A stretch of DNA of 63,419 nucleotides, filler included, from Octopus bimaculoides (lineage: Eukaryota), in assembly GCF_001194135.2 (NCBI RefSeq). It is 7 parts of 6 records of this genome, joined end to end, with 100 filler letters (N's around TTAATTAATTAA, not from the genome) between each part and the next. Parts side by side here need not be neighbours in the genome. Positions count along the whole stretch, not along the records: positions 1 to 22,533 come from NC_068984.1; positions 22,634 to 43,278 come from NC_068989.1; 5 more parts are not named here. One strand, 5' to 3'. Position 1 is the stretch's first letter; the number at the start of each line of letters is the position of its first letter. The notes below the pieces were generated by a model. It was given only the letters and a program-made list of their open reading frames with translations, was not told where the DNA came from and did no database searches. A program made the translations under genes and the position numbers. Of this stretch, positions 10,081-22,939 are shown piece after piece.

Positions 10081-11900
10081 TATATACATATATATATAAT
10101 ATATATATATANNNNNNNNNNNNNNNNNNNNNNNNNNNNNNNNNNNNNNNNNNNNNNNNNNNNNNNNNNNNNNNNNNNNNNNNNNNNNNNNNNNNNNNNN
10201 NNNNNNNNNNNNNNNNNNNNNNNNNNNNNNNNNNNNNNNNNNNNNNNNNNNNNNNNNNNNNNNNNNNNNNNNNNNNNNNNNNNNNNNNNNNNNNNNNNNN
10301 NNNNNNNNNNNNNNNNNNNNNNNNNNNNNNNNNNNNNNNNNNNNNNNNNNNNNNNNNNNNNNNNNNNNNNNNNNNNNNNNNNNNNNNNNNNNNNNNNNNN
10401 NNNNNNNNNNNNNNNNNNNNNNNNNNNNNNNNNNNNNNNNNNNNNNNNNNNNNNNNNNNNNNNNNNNNNNNNNNNNNNNNNNNNNNNNNNNNNNNNNNNN
10501 NNNNNNNNNNNNNNNNNNNNNNNNNNNNNNNNNNNNNNNNNNNNNNNNNNNNNNNNNNNNNNNNNNNNNNNNNNNNNNNNNNNNNNNNNNNNNNNNNNNN
10601 NNNNNNNNNNNNNNNNNNNNNNNNNNNNNNNNNNNNNNNNNNNNNNNNNNNNNNNNNNNNNNNNNNNNNNNNNNNNNNNNNNNNATATATATATATATAT
10701 ATATATACATATATGTACATGTATGCACATATTTATACTCATTTATATGTCTGCGTGTATACACAAGTATATATACATGTATATGAGTATGTTGGTACAT
10801 GGACAGTGGCCTTTTCAAGCGTCCCGCAGTGAACCTGGATGACACCTCAACCACCTGTCTGTTATTTCCTTCAAGAACTCATTTAGAGATATTTTTGACA
10901 ATAAAACAAGAACTGTGACTTTGCAGCTCCAAACCTGGGACAGAATTTCCCTTGCAGCCAGTGTGATAGGGTCTCTTCCTAATCCCGTGGCGGATTAACC
11001 AACCACTAGGGAGCTGACAGTCAATATGGCCAGCCCCTTTTGTCAATTTTCATTCCCAAAACAAATTGGATTTGCTTTGGGAATTAATGTGTGTGTGTAC
11101 ATGTGTTTATATGTATGTAGATGTATGTTTTTGTGTGTAGGTATGTATGTTTGTGTGTGTTTTTATGTACGTGTCTATGCAGATGTATGTATGTATGCTT
11201 GGATGCATTTATGTTTTTATGAATGTGTGTGAAGGTGTCTGTATGTGTGTGTATGGATGTAGATATGCATGTATGTATGTTGATGTGTATAAAAGTAGTA
11301 TAAAAGCATTTATTGAAGTCCATGTGTGTGGGATGTATGTATGTATGTATGTATTTATGTATGTATATGTCTGTATATATGTTTGTATACATGTATGCGT
11401 GTATGTATACTTATACGTATATGTTTGTGTGTATGTATATCTGTGTGTATATGTATGCCTATATGTATGTACGTATGTAAACATGTATGTGTCTATGTAT
11501 GTATACATGTATCTATTTGTATGTATGTACATACATATATATGTACGTATGTATGTATACATGTGTGTGAGTGTACATATGCATTTCACTATGCAGATGT
11601 GCTTAACATAAGCCAATAAGCACTCATCTATCAATGTGTATATATTAATCCACTTGTTAGTGTATATGTGTGTATCTATGTGTGTATGTAAGTATAAGTA
11701 TGATTGTGTATGTATGTGTGTGTGTAAGTATATGTGTGTATGTAAGTGAATGTACGTGTATGTTAGTATTTGTGTGCATGTGTGTGTATGTACATGTGTG
11801 AGCGTGTTTTTGTGTATATATAATCATGTGTTTGTGTGTGTGTGTATGTAAATATTTGTGTGCGTATATGTAAGTATGTGTGTGTATTTGTGTGTAAAAT
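9270..11900. repeat. Compound (TA)n/(CA)n/(TATG)n/(TG)n microsatellite field with a gap at 10112-10684
   Basis: Directly visible di- and tetranucleotide arrays; they account for the Y/I/C/V/M/H/T-only ORFs in the track. Confidence 0.9.
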
Positions 11901-12384
11901 TACAATAAAATTCTTGAACAAAGGAATCTTTTGATGTTGTTTCAGTTTGTAAGGTACCACTAGGTGCTAACTCAAAGAACACAATAATTATTTTGCTTAA
12001 GAGCATTTGCTTTGTTTGGTTCTTCTAAGATAAGAATATAGCAGGATTATCTAAGATTAACATATGATCTTCCAGTCAGAAAGCATAGAATCTTTTGTTA
12101 AGAATCGTGCAGTTGTAAAGGTGGTGACTATCACCCAACCTAACATTGATCAAAATACACTGGGTAGATAGGATCTCAAAACCTTGCCAAACCACATTAA
12201 AAGGAACAGCCTTTCTACTTTACTATTGTTTAATTATTCCAGGAGCCCTAAATCTCTCATTTTAGAGGGTAAAAACTCTTCTTATTTAGGGACACCACCA
12301 CAGCACTGTTTCAATACCATTTGGTTGAAGAGCAAGTGAATATTTGATGCAAAATGTCACAGTGCCACTGCTGTTCCAGAACCT

Positions 12385-12544
12385 CTGTATATGTCTTTTA
12401 TTACACACTGTATATGTCTTTTATTACCCTCTGTATATATTTCTATTATCTTCTGTATGTGACTTTTATTACCCCCTGTATATGTCTATATTACCCTCTC
12501 TATCTATCTTTATTACATTCTGTATGTGTTTTTATTACCCTCTG
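12385..12544. repeat. 22-23 bp minisatellite, about seven copies
   Basis: Units start at 12385, 12408, 12431, 12453, 12476, 12498 and 12520; consensus CTGTATATGTCTTTTATTACCCT. Confidence 0.85.
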
Positions 12545-13849
12545 CAGATGCTTTTTTTTTTTTTGTAATCCTGTATGTCACTATGGCATGTGAGAAGGGG
12601 AAAGCAATATGGGGCAGTAGTGACATCCTGCCCCTACTGGCTAACCCATGCCACTGCCTCGGATTAAACTCTGTGTTCTCTTCCACAGATAAGTCCATCT
12701 ATGTTAATGCGTCTGATTTTCAGTTTGTGTTTGCTGATAATTTGATTTTGTTGCAGTTTTTGTTATTGTTGTACTTATTTTTATTTTTGTTATTGTCACT
12801 GTTGTTATTGCTGTAGGGGGAGGAGGAGAACAATTAGTTTTTATTGAGTTTGCTGTTGTTGTTTGTGTTGACCTGTGAGATACTGCAGGGTGTCTGTTGA
12901 GGTTTTGTTGTCTTCAGCAATGGTTGACTCACATTCCTTTCTTAGGGGATTGACAGTTGGAGTAGGAGTGGGGAAGAAAGGTACATCTTCTGTACTCTTT
13001 TGATTGAAAATGATTTTGCACATGGATAATATCATCAGACATTGACCAAAGAAATTCCATCTTGTGATGCTTGTTGTGCTTTTATTTCTATGAAAAACAG
13101 GTTTTTCTTAATGCTCACTAGGAAATATAAAACAAGGTTTTCTCTCATTGGTTAAATGGGGAATTCCAACCATGGTTCGTGGTCTGCTACCTCAACACTT
13201 CCTTTATAGGATCCAATGGCTAAAGACATTATCAGGAGGAACTCCGTCCAGTTTCAGCCCCTACTCCTCTAACATTTGTGACGTGGTGCCCCCCACCCTT
13301 TTTCGGAGATGTCTTCAGCTCTGATGTTGAGTGCATTTTTTTCTTTTTCCTTTTTTCTTTTGTTCCTTGGTTTCTTTAATGCAGCGTCAACGAATGTCAG
13401 TGGGTGAATGTTCATCCTGCCAGATTTCCCTCTAAATACTCACTGGTAGGCTCCAGCAGCCAGCACCAGGGTCAAGTGATTTGAGAATGGGTTGGTTTGG
13501 TTTTGACAGCCAAGTGTCCATCCAACGACCAGTCAGAATCTGGTGCTTAGTTAAGCTATTGGTAATGCCATAATTTAGGGCAGCATGCCGTTAAAAGAAG
13601 TGAGTTTCATACATCAGGTGAAGGACATCAAAAATAGTTCAATCAATCTGGAGATTTTGGAGCAGTCATGAAATTTGCAGCATAACAATAACCTAAAACT
13701 TACCCCAGGAATAATCAAAGAATCCATCAAAAGGAGGAATATCTAAATATTGAAGGGAGTGACACAATTTGTAATTGGACTCATGATTCATCCTGAGTAT
13801 TTTTAACACAGAAGTCCAGGAGATGAATTATTGGATCTGTTCTGTTTGG

Positions 13850-14060
13850 CTCACATATTTTTTTAATTAATTTTTTTAAAACTAAACAGTTTGAAACTTT
13901 GTACACTGGTGTAATTTCTCACACAGAACACAATCTGTATCTATGTCAAAAATGTTCAAAGTAAATTATTTTAGAAGTTATTTTGTATTAAAGTTGTCAT
14001 ATCTGGATAATTTTAACCAATCAATGACGTGTATTCAGTTGAAGAAAGCTACTGCTGTTT
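13850..14060. mobile_element. Dispersed repeat, probably a DNA-transposon subterminal region; second copy at about 30460-30660
   Basis: Shared TTTGAAACTT.G.ACACT.GT and AGTTATT....TTAAAGTTGTC.TA....TAATTT.AACCAATCA.TGACGT.TATTCAG.TGAA. Confidence 0.5.
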
Positions 14061-14350
14061 GTGATAGGACAATTATCTGAAAAGTCAATGCCTCTTCCTT
14101 TCTTTTCTTTCCCACTACATTAACTTTATACTCTTGTGTGTTGTTTTTGCTGCCCATTTTTTTTTTTTTTTGCCTTTTGTATTCCATGTCTTAATCTAAA
14201 TATCCAGTTACCTTGTTGGCACACTTTACCCAGACACTCAACACTGGAGTTATGAAATATTACAATATTTACAGCATCTTCTGATTATTTGAGCTAAAAA
14301 CGAACATATTTAAAGACATCACTCTACAATTTCTCAATCTAATTAATTAA

Positions 14351-14570
14351 CCCTTTCGTTACTGTATTTGTTTTGAGATGCTCTGTATTTCTTTCAATTA
14401 CTTTAAATATAACAAAGAATTTAGTAAAATAACTTAGTTATCATTAAGCTAGTGTTAGGAACATAAATTGTGACTAAGGTTTGGTGGAAGATTTTAATTC
14501 AAAACTTATGAAAACATGACATTTGTTCACAGAGCCAGAAGCGGTTTCAGCCGGGTTGGTAATGAAAGGG
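14351..14570. mobile_element. piggyBac-type MITE, 220 bp
   Basis: TTAA target duplications at 14347-14350 and 14571-14574; TIRs CCCTTTCGTTAC / GTAATGAAAGGG (11/12 match). Confidence 0.85.
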
Positions 14571-15899
14571 TTAATGGTAATCAAAGATAGCAAAACCTTA
14601 ATAACAAAACATATCTAAAATAACAAATCATTTTTTAAAACTCTCAGTCAGTGTGTATCAATGAAAGTATTTATTGGGGTTCTTTTATACGAATATCAGA
14701 ACCGAAAGAGGAATATTCAGTGTTTAAGGGATGTAGGAGCAAGCCTGAACAAACTCTGCAACATCTTCCATATTTGAATACATTACTGTGGAAATGATTA
14801 TCATAATGCATGGGCAGCTGCAGTAAATTTTATTGTTATTGACGTAACAATAATAATGATGATGATGATAATAACAACAGCAACAACAACAACAACAACA
14901 ATAATAATAGTGATAATAATAATGATAATAATAATAATAATGTAAGTAAGTTGTAGGTAAAATACATGATGCTGTTGTTGTAGTGAGAGTGTTTGTAAGT
15001 TAGCTTCCATTGCAACTGGCGAAGAACAGTGAGAGAGGGGGTGGTGGTTGGAGGGGACATACAGACAGACAGAGAGCAAGTTAGGTGTTGGTAAAGAATC
15101 AATTATTTAGCCCATTACTTTGAGCTAGGTTTCACTATATATCAGCATCACAGACAGAAAAGACTCTATTATTAATATGTATGAAACAAAAGCTGTATTT
15201 TAGTTTAATATTTGGAATATAGTTTGGTGAATATGGAACTAAAAACAACTTCCATCCGAAAAGTATTAAGTAAAAGTTTGGGAAATAAAAAAAAAAAAAG
15301 AATCAAAGGTGAGGGTGGAAGGTGGAGGAAGAAGAGAACAGACATTTGAGAAATGGCCATTGAAAAAATGGTGATTGTAGGTTATTTTGCTTGGAACATA
15401 CAATGTCCTCTTTAGTGTTCTGTTGTAGAAAATGGTTATTTAATTGTTGGCTAAGTAAGTTTGGCCATAAAAATGATAGATTTAGCTGTGACCTATCCAG
15501 TTGAAAACAAAAACTACGAAGATTAAAGTCAGTTGTATGATTGCTGAGAATAACCTCCATCTCTCCAATTGTCTTCATTACATGTGTCACCGATAGAAAC
15601 CAAATCTTCCACTCATTTGTTTATTGTTGTTGTTGTCATAGAAAAAAAAAAGATGAAACAATGCCAAAGTTTAAACAGGTATTTCTTTGGCTTGGAACAA
15701 ACAGTACCAATATTTGCCAGGTGTTTTAGTGAGAAGACCAACTTGTAGTCCTAACAACGATCTCAGGCAGGCACTGAACGAGACCATCTATGAGGTTGAG
15801 AAGATGGGGAAAAAAAGAAGTAGTTAGCTGCTGCTGTAGCTAAAGGCTTCTAACAGCAACGTTTGTGTACAGGCTTTCATAGCTTCTGCAGATTCTTTT

Positions 15900-16300
15900 G
15901 TAATCTCTTGAAGAATGGTTTTTACCAAGCTCTGCGTTAACCTTAACATGATTTATGATAAAGTGAGAAAAGCGTTTCTCAAAGATATTTCATAGAGCCG
16001 GGTGTCATTTTGTCAGCAACATCAATAGGAACATTAATATTATATAGTGTTATCAGGAGAAAAAGATGCAGTTGAAGTGTTACAGTTTCACAGACCAACT
16101 TTTCACCACCTTTCTTGTCATTCATCATAAATTTACATCTACAATCTGTTTCCTTAATCTGTTTCATTAAATACCTTTTACAGCCTGTTATGTTGTGTCC
16201 CTTAAAAATAAAAGCACAGAACCCTATTTGCATCAGTCTACCTAGCTGACAAATATATCGACACCAGTCTTATCAAAGATGGGTTCCAGTTGGAAGAATT
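15900..16300 (-). mobile_element. Possible highly decayed L1/Tx1-like APE endonuclease remnant
   Basis: Frameshifted minus-strand peptides RLVSIY, FNETD and TRLYEISLR...YHKS loosely follow the endonuclease motif order (VYAP, GDFN, RLD, SDH). Many stops. Confidence 0.3.
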
Positions 16301-16332
16301 TCCAACTGAAAACACACCAGAGTTTCAATGAC

Positions 16333-16546
16333 GTGGGCATATGGCATAGTAGTTAAGAGTGCAGACTACTAGCCCCAAGATTCCGAGTTCGATTAATAAT
16401 AACATTGAAAAATACCTTAGGAATGAGAACCCCGGTTCAAAATTTTCCCCAGACACCTGATGAAGGCTGGAGGGTATATCAGCCGAAATGTTGTGTTAAC
16501 AACAAACAAAATGAGAACAAATATCTGTCAAATGTAAATAATGTAC
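16333..16546 (+). mobile_element. Family D copy 4
   Basis: GTGGGCATATGGCATAGTAGTTAAGAG...GAGTTCGATT...hammerhead...ATGTAAATAATGTAC. Confidence 0.85.
16452..16497 (+). ncRNA. Minimal type-I hammerhead ribozyme (core intact, loop III AATGTT)
   Basis: GACAC-CTGATGA-A-GGCTG/GAGGGTATAT/CAGCC-GAAA-TGTT-GTGTT. Confidence 0.72.
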
Positions 16547-16668
16547 TAAAGTGTAATGTTAGAAATAAAAGCACAACAAACTAGTGTCTCTGTGCTAGAA
16601 TTTGAATGTATATCAACTGGATTGAAATAAAGTCATAGATATATGTAAATTTTACACACACACATACA

Positions 16669-16724
<56 letters not shown>

Positions 16725-16799
16725 NNNNNNNNNNNNNNNNNNNNNNNNNNNNNNNNNNNNNNNNNNNNNNNNNNNNNNNNNNNNNNNNNNNNNNNNNNN

Positions 16800-16854
<55 letters not shown>

Positions 16855-16974
16855 TGCACAAACATATATATATGTGTGTTTTGCAGATACAAGTGCTACC
16901 AGTTGAAAGCTCTGCATACTGGATGATGGCAAGTTTATGGGGTCACCAGGAGAGAATGCACACTGTTTCAGGGT

Positions 16975-17680
16975 AGGCATTGCTGTGTGGTAAGAAGTTT
17001 GCTTCCCAACCCACATGGGTCTGGGTTCAGTACCTATCTATGACACCTTGGGCAAGTCTCTTCTATTATAGCATTAGGCCAACCAAAGCCTTGTGAATGG
17101 ATTTGGTAGACAGAAACTGAGAAAAACCTGTTGTATATATATATCGCCTGACTGGCTCCCATGCTAGTGGCACGCAATAAGCACCATTTATGCATGGGTC
17201 GTTGCAAGTGCCACCTGACTGGCTCCCATGCTGGTTGCACATAAAAAGCACCCACTACACTCTCAGAGTGATTGGCGTTAGGAAGAGTATCCAGCTGTAG
17301 AAACCTTGCCACAACAGATTGGAGCCTGGTGCGGCCTCCTGGCTTGCCAGTCTCCAGTCAAACCGTCCAACCTATGCCAGCATGGAAAACAGACATTAAA
17401 CGATAATGATGATGATGATGATATGCGTTTATATCTATGTATGTGTGTGTTTATCTCCCACCACCGCTTGACAACCGGTGTTGGTTTGTTTGCATCCCTG
17501 TAGCCTAGCAGTTAAGCAAAAACTGTCCGATAGAATAAGTAGCAAGCTTTAAAAAAAAAGAAAAGCAAAATAAACATGGGGCGAATATGTTTGACTAAAG
17601 CATTCAAGGTGCTGCCCCAGCATGACCGCGGTCTAATGAGCGGGAGTGGAACAGGTGAAAGATAAGAGGTAAAAGATTTG
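16975..17680 (+). mobile_element. Family A SINE with a family C element (about 17145-17421) inserted in its (TA)n/(TG)n linker
   Basis: A-head to ...GAGAAAAACCTGTTG(TA)n, C element ending AGACATTAAAC(GAT)n, then the A-tail CGCTTGACAACCGGTGTTGG...GCCCCAGCATGACCGCGG. Confidence 0.75.
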
Positions 17681-17869
17681 TGAGCCAGATGCAGAAATGA
17701 AATAAACATTCACTAAAATTTCATTAATACTTCTGTTAAATACGCACACATACACACATACACACGCACACCCCTGCAGTACTCTGAGTACATCTATTTG
17801 TAACGTATACAATTTCTGTTAGATACGGTGGGAGTGAATTTAAGTATCTCATTGAACATGGGTTGCAGC

Positions 17870-18090
17870 GGTGGCTACGGCAGCAATAGTAGTAGTAGTA
17901 GTAGTAGTAGTACTTTGGGTAGTGGTAGTTGTAGTAATACTGGTGGTGGTGATAATATTTGTTCCTTTAATCCATCACCTTTATATTATTTCCTTCTCTT
18001 TCAGCCATCATCTTGTTGTTGTTATTGTTGGTCCAGTCCCCTCCTCCTCCTCCTCCTCCCACATCTCATCCCCACCCCCACCTCCACAAT
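17870..18090. repeat. (AGT)n/(TGT)n/(CCT)n compound trinucleotide tract
   Basis: Directly visible; it produces the poly-S/V/P ORFs. Confidence 0.8.
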
Positions 18091-18492
18091 GGCGATGTAG
18101 ACGATGACAACATCGCTGGTGTTGTTGCACTGTTGCCAATTGCTAAGGACTGTTCTCTGGACAGAATGCCTAATGACATTGGGACGGTGGGAGGGGAGAG
18201 GGTGAGAGGAGAGAAATCGATAGTTCTTTCTCTTTCCCCTTCTCCTCCTTTCATCTCATCTTTTCTCCTCACCCCATCACTCCTCTCAAAATAAACACCT
18301 TATCAATATACTAATCAGTAAGAAACTAAATGTCAAAATTAAACACTTGTATGTGTGTACACGTGTGTGTGTGTGTGTGTGTGTGTGCATATGTGTTTAT
18401 GGATGTAAATGTTAAAATTAAATGATTGTATGTTTGTGCATGTTTGTGTGTATGCATGTACATGGATATGTGTGTGTGTGTGTGAATCACCA

Positions 18493-18725
18493 CCATCATC
18501 AGTTATCATCTGTTTTCCATGCTGGTATGGGTTGAATGGTTTGGTAAGAGCTGGCAAGTCGGTGGGCTGCACTAGGCTCCAGTTGTTTCCTTTGGCATGG
18601 TTTCTATGGGTGGACGCCTTCCCAACACCAACCATTTTATAAAGTGCTTTGGATGCTTTTCACTTGGTGCCAGCGTGGGTGCTTTTGCCATACCACGGGC
18701 ATGGCTGTCTTTTTTACATGGGTGC
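18493..18725 (-). mobile_element. Family C retroposon fragment (degenerate)
   Basis: CATCATC...TTTTCCATGCTGGTATGGGTTG...GGACGCCTTCCCAACACCAACC...GGGTGCTTTTGCCATACC. Confidence 0.65.
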
Positions 18726-21213
18726 ATCCACCTTTACCACTATCCACCTACATTGCTATCCATCCATCCCTTTTTCCTCCACTACCTCCCTCTCCCTCTC
18801 CATATCATTTCTACCATCATACTCCAGCAATCGTCACCCTTACTCACCCACCCTTTTCTGTCCTTATCTCCTCTTCTAGTAAATTTTTTTGTGTTACCTT
18901 GAGATAATAGACACACCAGAGCGTAGTGAGGATTCTCTAATCTCATAGGATATCTCACAACTTCACTGATGCCATCAAAGACATGGCAACTTCTCTAGTG
19001 ATGGTGCCATGATATAATGCACCTTGTGCACTCGTGAAGTGATTGATGAATGAAGAGAGACATTGTAGGGTTGAGAAGATTGTTTAGTCTTGTCAGAGAC
19101 ATAACAACCTCTCTTGCATTGGCGACAGACCAGGTATACAACCATAGAAACCAAGCTAAAAGGGAAATGTTCAAAAGAAACAACAACATCCTAGGAGGAC
19201 AGTGACTGTGAACAGAAACTAACTCAGGTGAGGCCATTCAATTCAACTTATACCAGCAAGGGAAGCAGATGTTAAATGATAACAGTGTGTGTATATTTTA
19301 TATTCATTTAGTGCACGGAAAAATTGAATATAATCACAGTAAACACATCCCACTAGGCAAAAGAAAAGATATCATGTTACACTGCAGACACCAAAATAAA
19401 TTCATCTTCAAAAACTGGTCTGAACTCCTAACAAAATAAGATAACTAACCTATCTGCAATGACATCCCTAAGAATTCAACTATAAACACCCAACCGAAAT
19501 TAACATACAACACACAACAGACATACTCACCAAAAATTAAATAGAATCAAGCCTTGACCATATATACAAATAGACACATGTACACAGGCACACACATACA
19601 CATACACACACAAGTTTTCCAATTCATTTTGTCTTAAGCAAAGCAAAAATTAAAGAAAATAAACCATTAGCAGTGCCACCTACAAAAGCAAGTGGCCATG
19701 AATGTTAATATCAATATGAGACAAATTCTTCCTAATCACATAATGCTTTCTGATGAAAGAAATATGACTGTCCAATAAACAGTCAGATGAATTCAATATC
19801 ACCCCCCCCCCCCCCACTGACTCCCATAAACCAGGCTTTTAACCCTTTGGTGTTGAAGGGGTTTTAAAAATTTCAAAATATACATTAGCAAAGGTTACTT
19901 AACCATGGCCAAGTATTGTTTTACTCCCAAGATATGAAATACTCTGAAGCTTCTCCATAAAATGCAAACCTTTTCAATGAGTTTGGCAGGTGAATTCAAT
20001 GAGCCATATCACATCCAGTAACTGTAAAAAGAAATGAAACAATAAAACAAAATACAAACAATAAACACACCTCTTGTCAACAAATATGACACCCAAACAC
20101 ACTAATCTTGACCAAAACATACATCAACAAAATCACTGTACCATGAATATCTTCTATTATTAAACAATACAAAACAGATCCCATCCTCTCCTAATCAAAG
20201 AAGCAGTCTTGTCCAAAACATAAGCAAACAACTTTAATTAGAATAATTAATAAACTACCCAATAAAAATACATACAACAGAACAAAATAGAAACAAATTT
20301 TCACCAACAAATTCAATGAACATAAACAATTAGACCAGAAAAAAACCCCAACCATTCAAGTAGCATAAAACAAAACAAACCAATAAACACACTAACAATC
20401 GGCAGATATAAATAACCAGATTGAGTTGTAAGAGTTCCTGCCTGAAGATTACAGTGGCATAAAACTTGAGTATGTATTAAGTATTCCCCATAAATTGAGA
20501 AACGATGAATGTGAAGCAACATCTACCATTTCCATCAACAAAACAATCTCTGAAATGGCTCAGCCAAAAAATGAATGATGGAATCTAGACTGATGGAAAG
20601 CATTCCACTTGGAAAGGGACAACAACGCACCAGTCCATGGCATATTTTCAACTTGCAACTGAGCCACGCAAACTCAAAGCTGACCTCATCAACATGATAA
20701 CAAAGATAAGATTTAATAATTGCTGTGAGACTCCAGAAAAACACATTAGCAGACAAGAGAAAGCACCTATATGCTACAAAAACACAACAAATAATTGTAT
20801 AACAAAAAAAAAAATGCAAAAGGGCAAACCCCAATGTATAGAAGATGATAAACGGGGAAGCTGAAGATCGAGCAACAAAATTATAAATAGCAGAGAGAAG
20901 CAAATACTTAGCAAAAACAAAAAAAAGTATAATACTGAAGGATCACAAATCTTAACTTTACGACCAATCCCAAATGTAGACTAATAAATACCACAGAAAG
21001 ATGAACTAGACAGTAAAGCAAACATCAATTCTGAAATACCACAAAACAGAACGAAAATTCAGTCACCAAAGATTGGTTCAAGCACTTAAAACACAAAAAG
21101 TTGTATAAATTCATAGTATTTGACATTTCAGTCTTCTGGAAAACCCCTATTATTAAAAGTACTAGACATTGCTTCAAGATTCGCAACTCACTCAAGGAAC
21201 AACAAATGGACAT

Positions 21214-21402
21214 AATTATGCATATTATTTACATTATTTACATTTGACGGATATTTGTCCTCATTTTGTTTGTTGTTAACACAATGTTTCAGCTGATATA
21301 CCCTCCAGCCCTCATCAGGTGTCTTGGGGAAATTTCGAACCTGGGTTCTCATTCCTAAGGTATTTTTCGATGTTGTTGTTATTATTATTATTATTATTCA
21401 GG
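21214..21402 (-). mobile_element. Family D copy 5 (hammerhead module and tail, no tRNA head)
   Basis: Minus strand: CCTGA(ATA)n...CCTTAGGAATGAGAACCCAGG...GACAC-CTGATGA-G-GGCTG/GAGGGTATAT/CAGCT-GAAA-CATT-GTGTT...CCGTCAAATGTAAAT. Confidence 0.85.
21278..21323 (-). ncRNA. Minimal type-I hammerhead ribozyme (core intact, G.U at base of stem II, loop III AACATT)
   Basis: CTGATGA and GAAA are conserved; stem I GACAC/GTGTT. Confidence 0.7.
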
Positions 21403-21625
21403 AAATCATGCAGCCACTCTCCCAGTCTACTAGTGACACTGAGCTCCCGTTTTTGTGACATATCATCCCATGATAGACTTTGTCAAAGGCCTCGGCAAGG
21501 TCGAGATATAGCACATCCACATTTGAATGGTTGAGGTGTTGTTTTAGTACCCAGTCGAAATGCTGTAGTAGCTGTGTTAGGCAGCTCCGTCCAGGACAGA
21601 AACCATGTTGTGTCTGTAAGCAAGT
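21398..21625 (-). mobile_element. CR1/Jockey-like LINE reverse-transcriptase fragment (frameshifted)
   Basis: QHGFCPGRSCLTQLLQHFDWVLKQHLNHSNVDVLYLDLAEAFDKVYHGMICHK, then in the +1 frame RELSVTSRLGEWLHDFL. Matches the RT motifs QHGF..GRS and YLDF.KAFDKV.H. Confidence 0.9.
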
Positions 21626-21681
21626 CATTTTCCTATAGGAACGTGGTCAGTCTTTTTCTGACAATGCTGACGTGTGAGGTC

Positions 21682-21725
<44 letters not shown>

Positions 21726-22019
21726 TTAATTCTCTAAATGAAGTATTAACAGTAACTGCACGATAAAGTGTAGTATATTGCCACTTAAGTGTGGCTGACC
21801 CCTAGGGGTGGATGTTACTGNNNNNNNNNNNNNNNNNNNNNNNNNNNNNNNNNNNNNNNNNNNNNNNNNNNNNNNNNNNNNNNNNGACACACGACTGTGT
21901 CCTGTTTGCCAAGGGAGTTATCCCTCTCACCTCGACCAGCAGCACGAACGTATCCGGATTTCAGGGTTATTTCCCTTCGTTGGCGTTCGACTTACACTTA
22001 AACTTCTTCGTATCTTTAC

Positions 22020-22533
22020 TTCATTTGACACTAGACTCTGCTTGCAAAGACCTGTTGGGGCAAGTGAAATCAAAATCGTAATTGAACCACATTTGATGAC
22101 TGGCACCTGTGCCAGTGGAGTACTAACAGCACCATCCGAGCATGATCATTGCCAGAGCAGCTGTCTGGCTTCCGTGCTAGTGGCACATAAATAACACCGT
22201 GATTGTTACCAGCGTCACCTTACTGGCACGTTAGAAAATCATTCGAGCGAGGTCATTGCCAGTGCCGCTGGACTGGCTCTTGTGCAGGTGGCACGTAAAA
22301 AAATACCATTTCGAGCGTGGCCGTTGCCAGTACCGCATTACTGGCCCTCATGCCGGTGGCACGTAAAAGCACCCACTACACTCTTGGAGTGCTTGGCGTT
22401 ATGAAGGGCATCCAGCTGTAGAAACTCTGCCAGATCAGATTGGAGCCTGGTGCAGCCATCCGGTTCACCAGTCTTCAGTCAAATCGTTCAACCCATGCTA
22501 GCATGAAAAGCAGACATTAAACAATGATGATGA
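22020..22533 (+). mobile_element. Family C retroposon, long copy with internal TGGCACGTAAAA-type tandem repeats and (GAT)n tail
   Basis: GACACTAGACTCTGCTTGCAAAGACC..., repeated TGGCAC(G/A)TAAAA units, GGCATCCAGCTGTAGAAAC, ...CAGACATTAAACAATGATGATGA. Confidence 0.8.
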
Positions 22534-22577
22534 NNNNNNNNNNNNNNNNNNNNNNNNNNNNNNNNNNNNNNNNNNNN

Positions 22578-22589
22578 TTAATTAATTAA
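22578..22589. other. Assembly linker TTAATTAATTAA between N runs (artefact; also at 43323, 49068, 54545, 58806, 62043)
   Basis: An identical palindromic 12-mer flanked by Ns six times; it has stops in all six frames. Confidence 0.9.
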
Positions 22590-22908
22590 NNNNNNNNNNN
22601 NNNNNNNNNNNNNNNNNNNNNNNNNNNNNNNNNTATGATGTTGATGGTAATGGTGATGGGGAATGATAATGATAGCAACGAAAATATAGTAGCAGAGTGT
22701 AAGAAGAAAGTTTGGTAAAGTTGGTCTCACCATTCTTGGACAGTTGCTGCCGTTAAGTCAGTCAGGTAAACCATGCTTTGCCGATATTTGGCTGTCTGTC
22801 GTCTTTCAGTAGAGAAACGAAGAACAGAAAGAACGAAACAAACATAGCATCAAGATGAGTCAATTACCACCCCACTCCTTCTATCATCTCTCTCTCTTTT
22901 CTCCCTCT

Positions 22909-22939
<31 letters not shown>

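Noticed and set aside
12841-13400. A-rich minus-strand ORFs as a gene or Penelope GIY-YIG region
   Set aside because: No diagnostic motif could be identified and all frames are interrupted.
19750-19770. CTGATGA-AA-GAAA as a hammerhead
   Set aside because: No stem II or stem I pairing; a chance match in AT-rich DNA.
19838-19866. TTAA-CCCTTT...AAGGG as a piggyBac footprint
   Set aside because: Too short, and the right TTAA is not intact.
20310-21210. A-rich plus-strand region as a gene
   Set aside because: Short broken ORFs without recognisable motifs; probably an old retroelement remnant, but unassignable.
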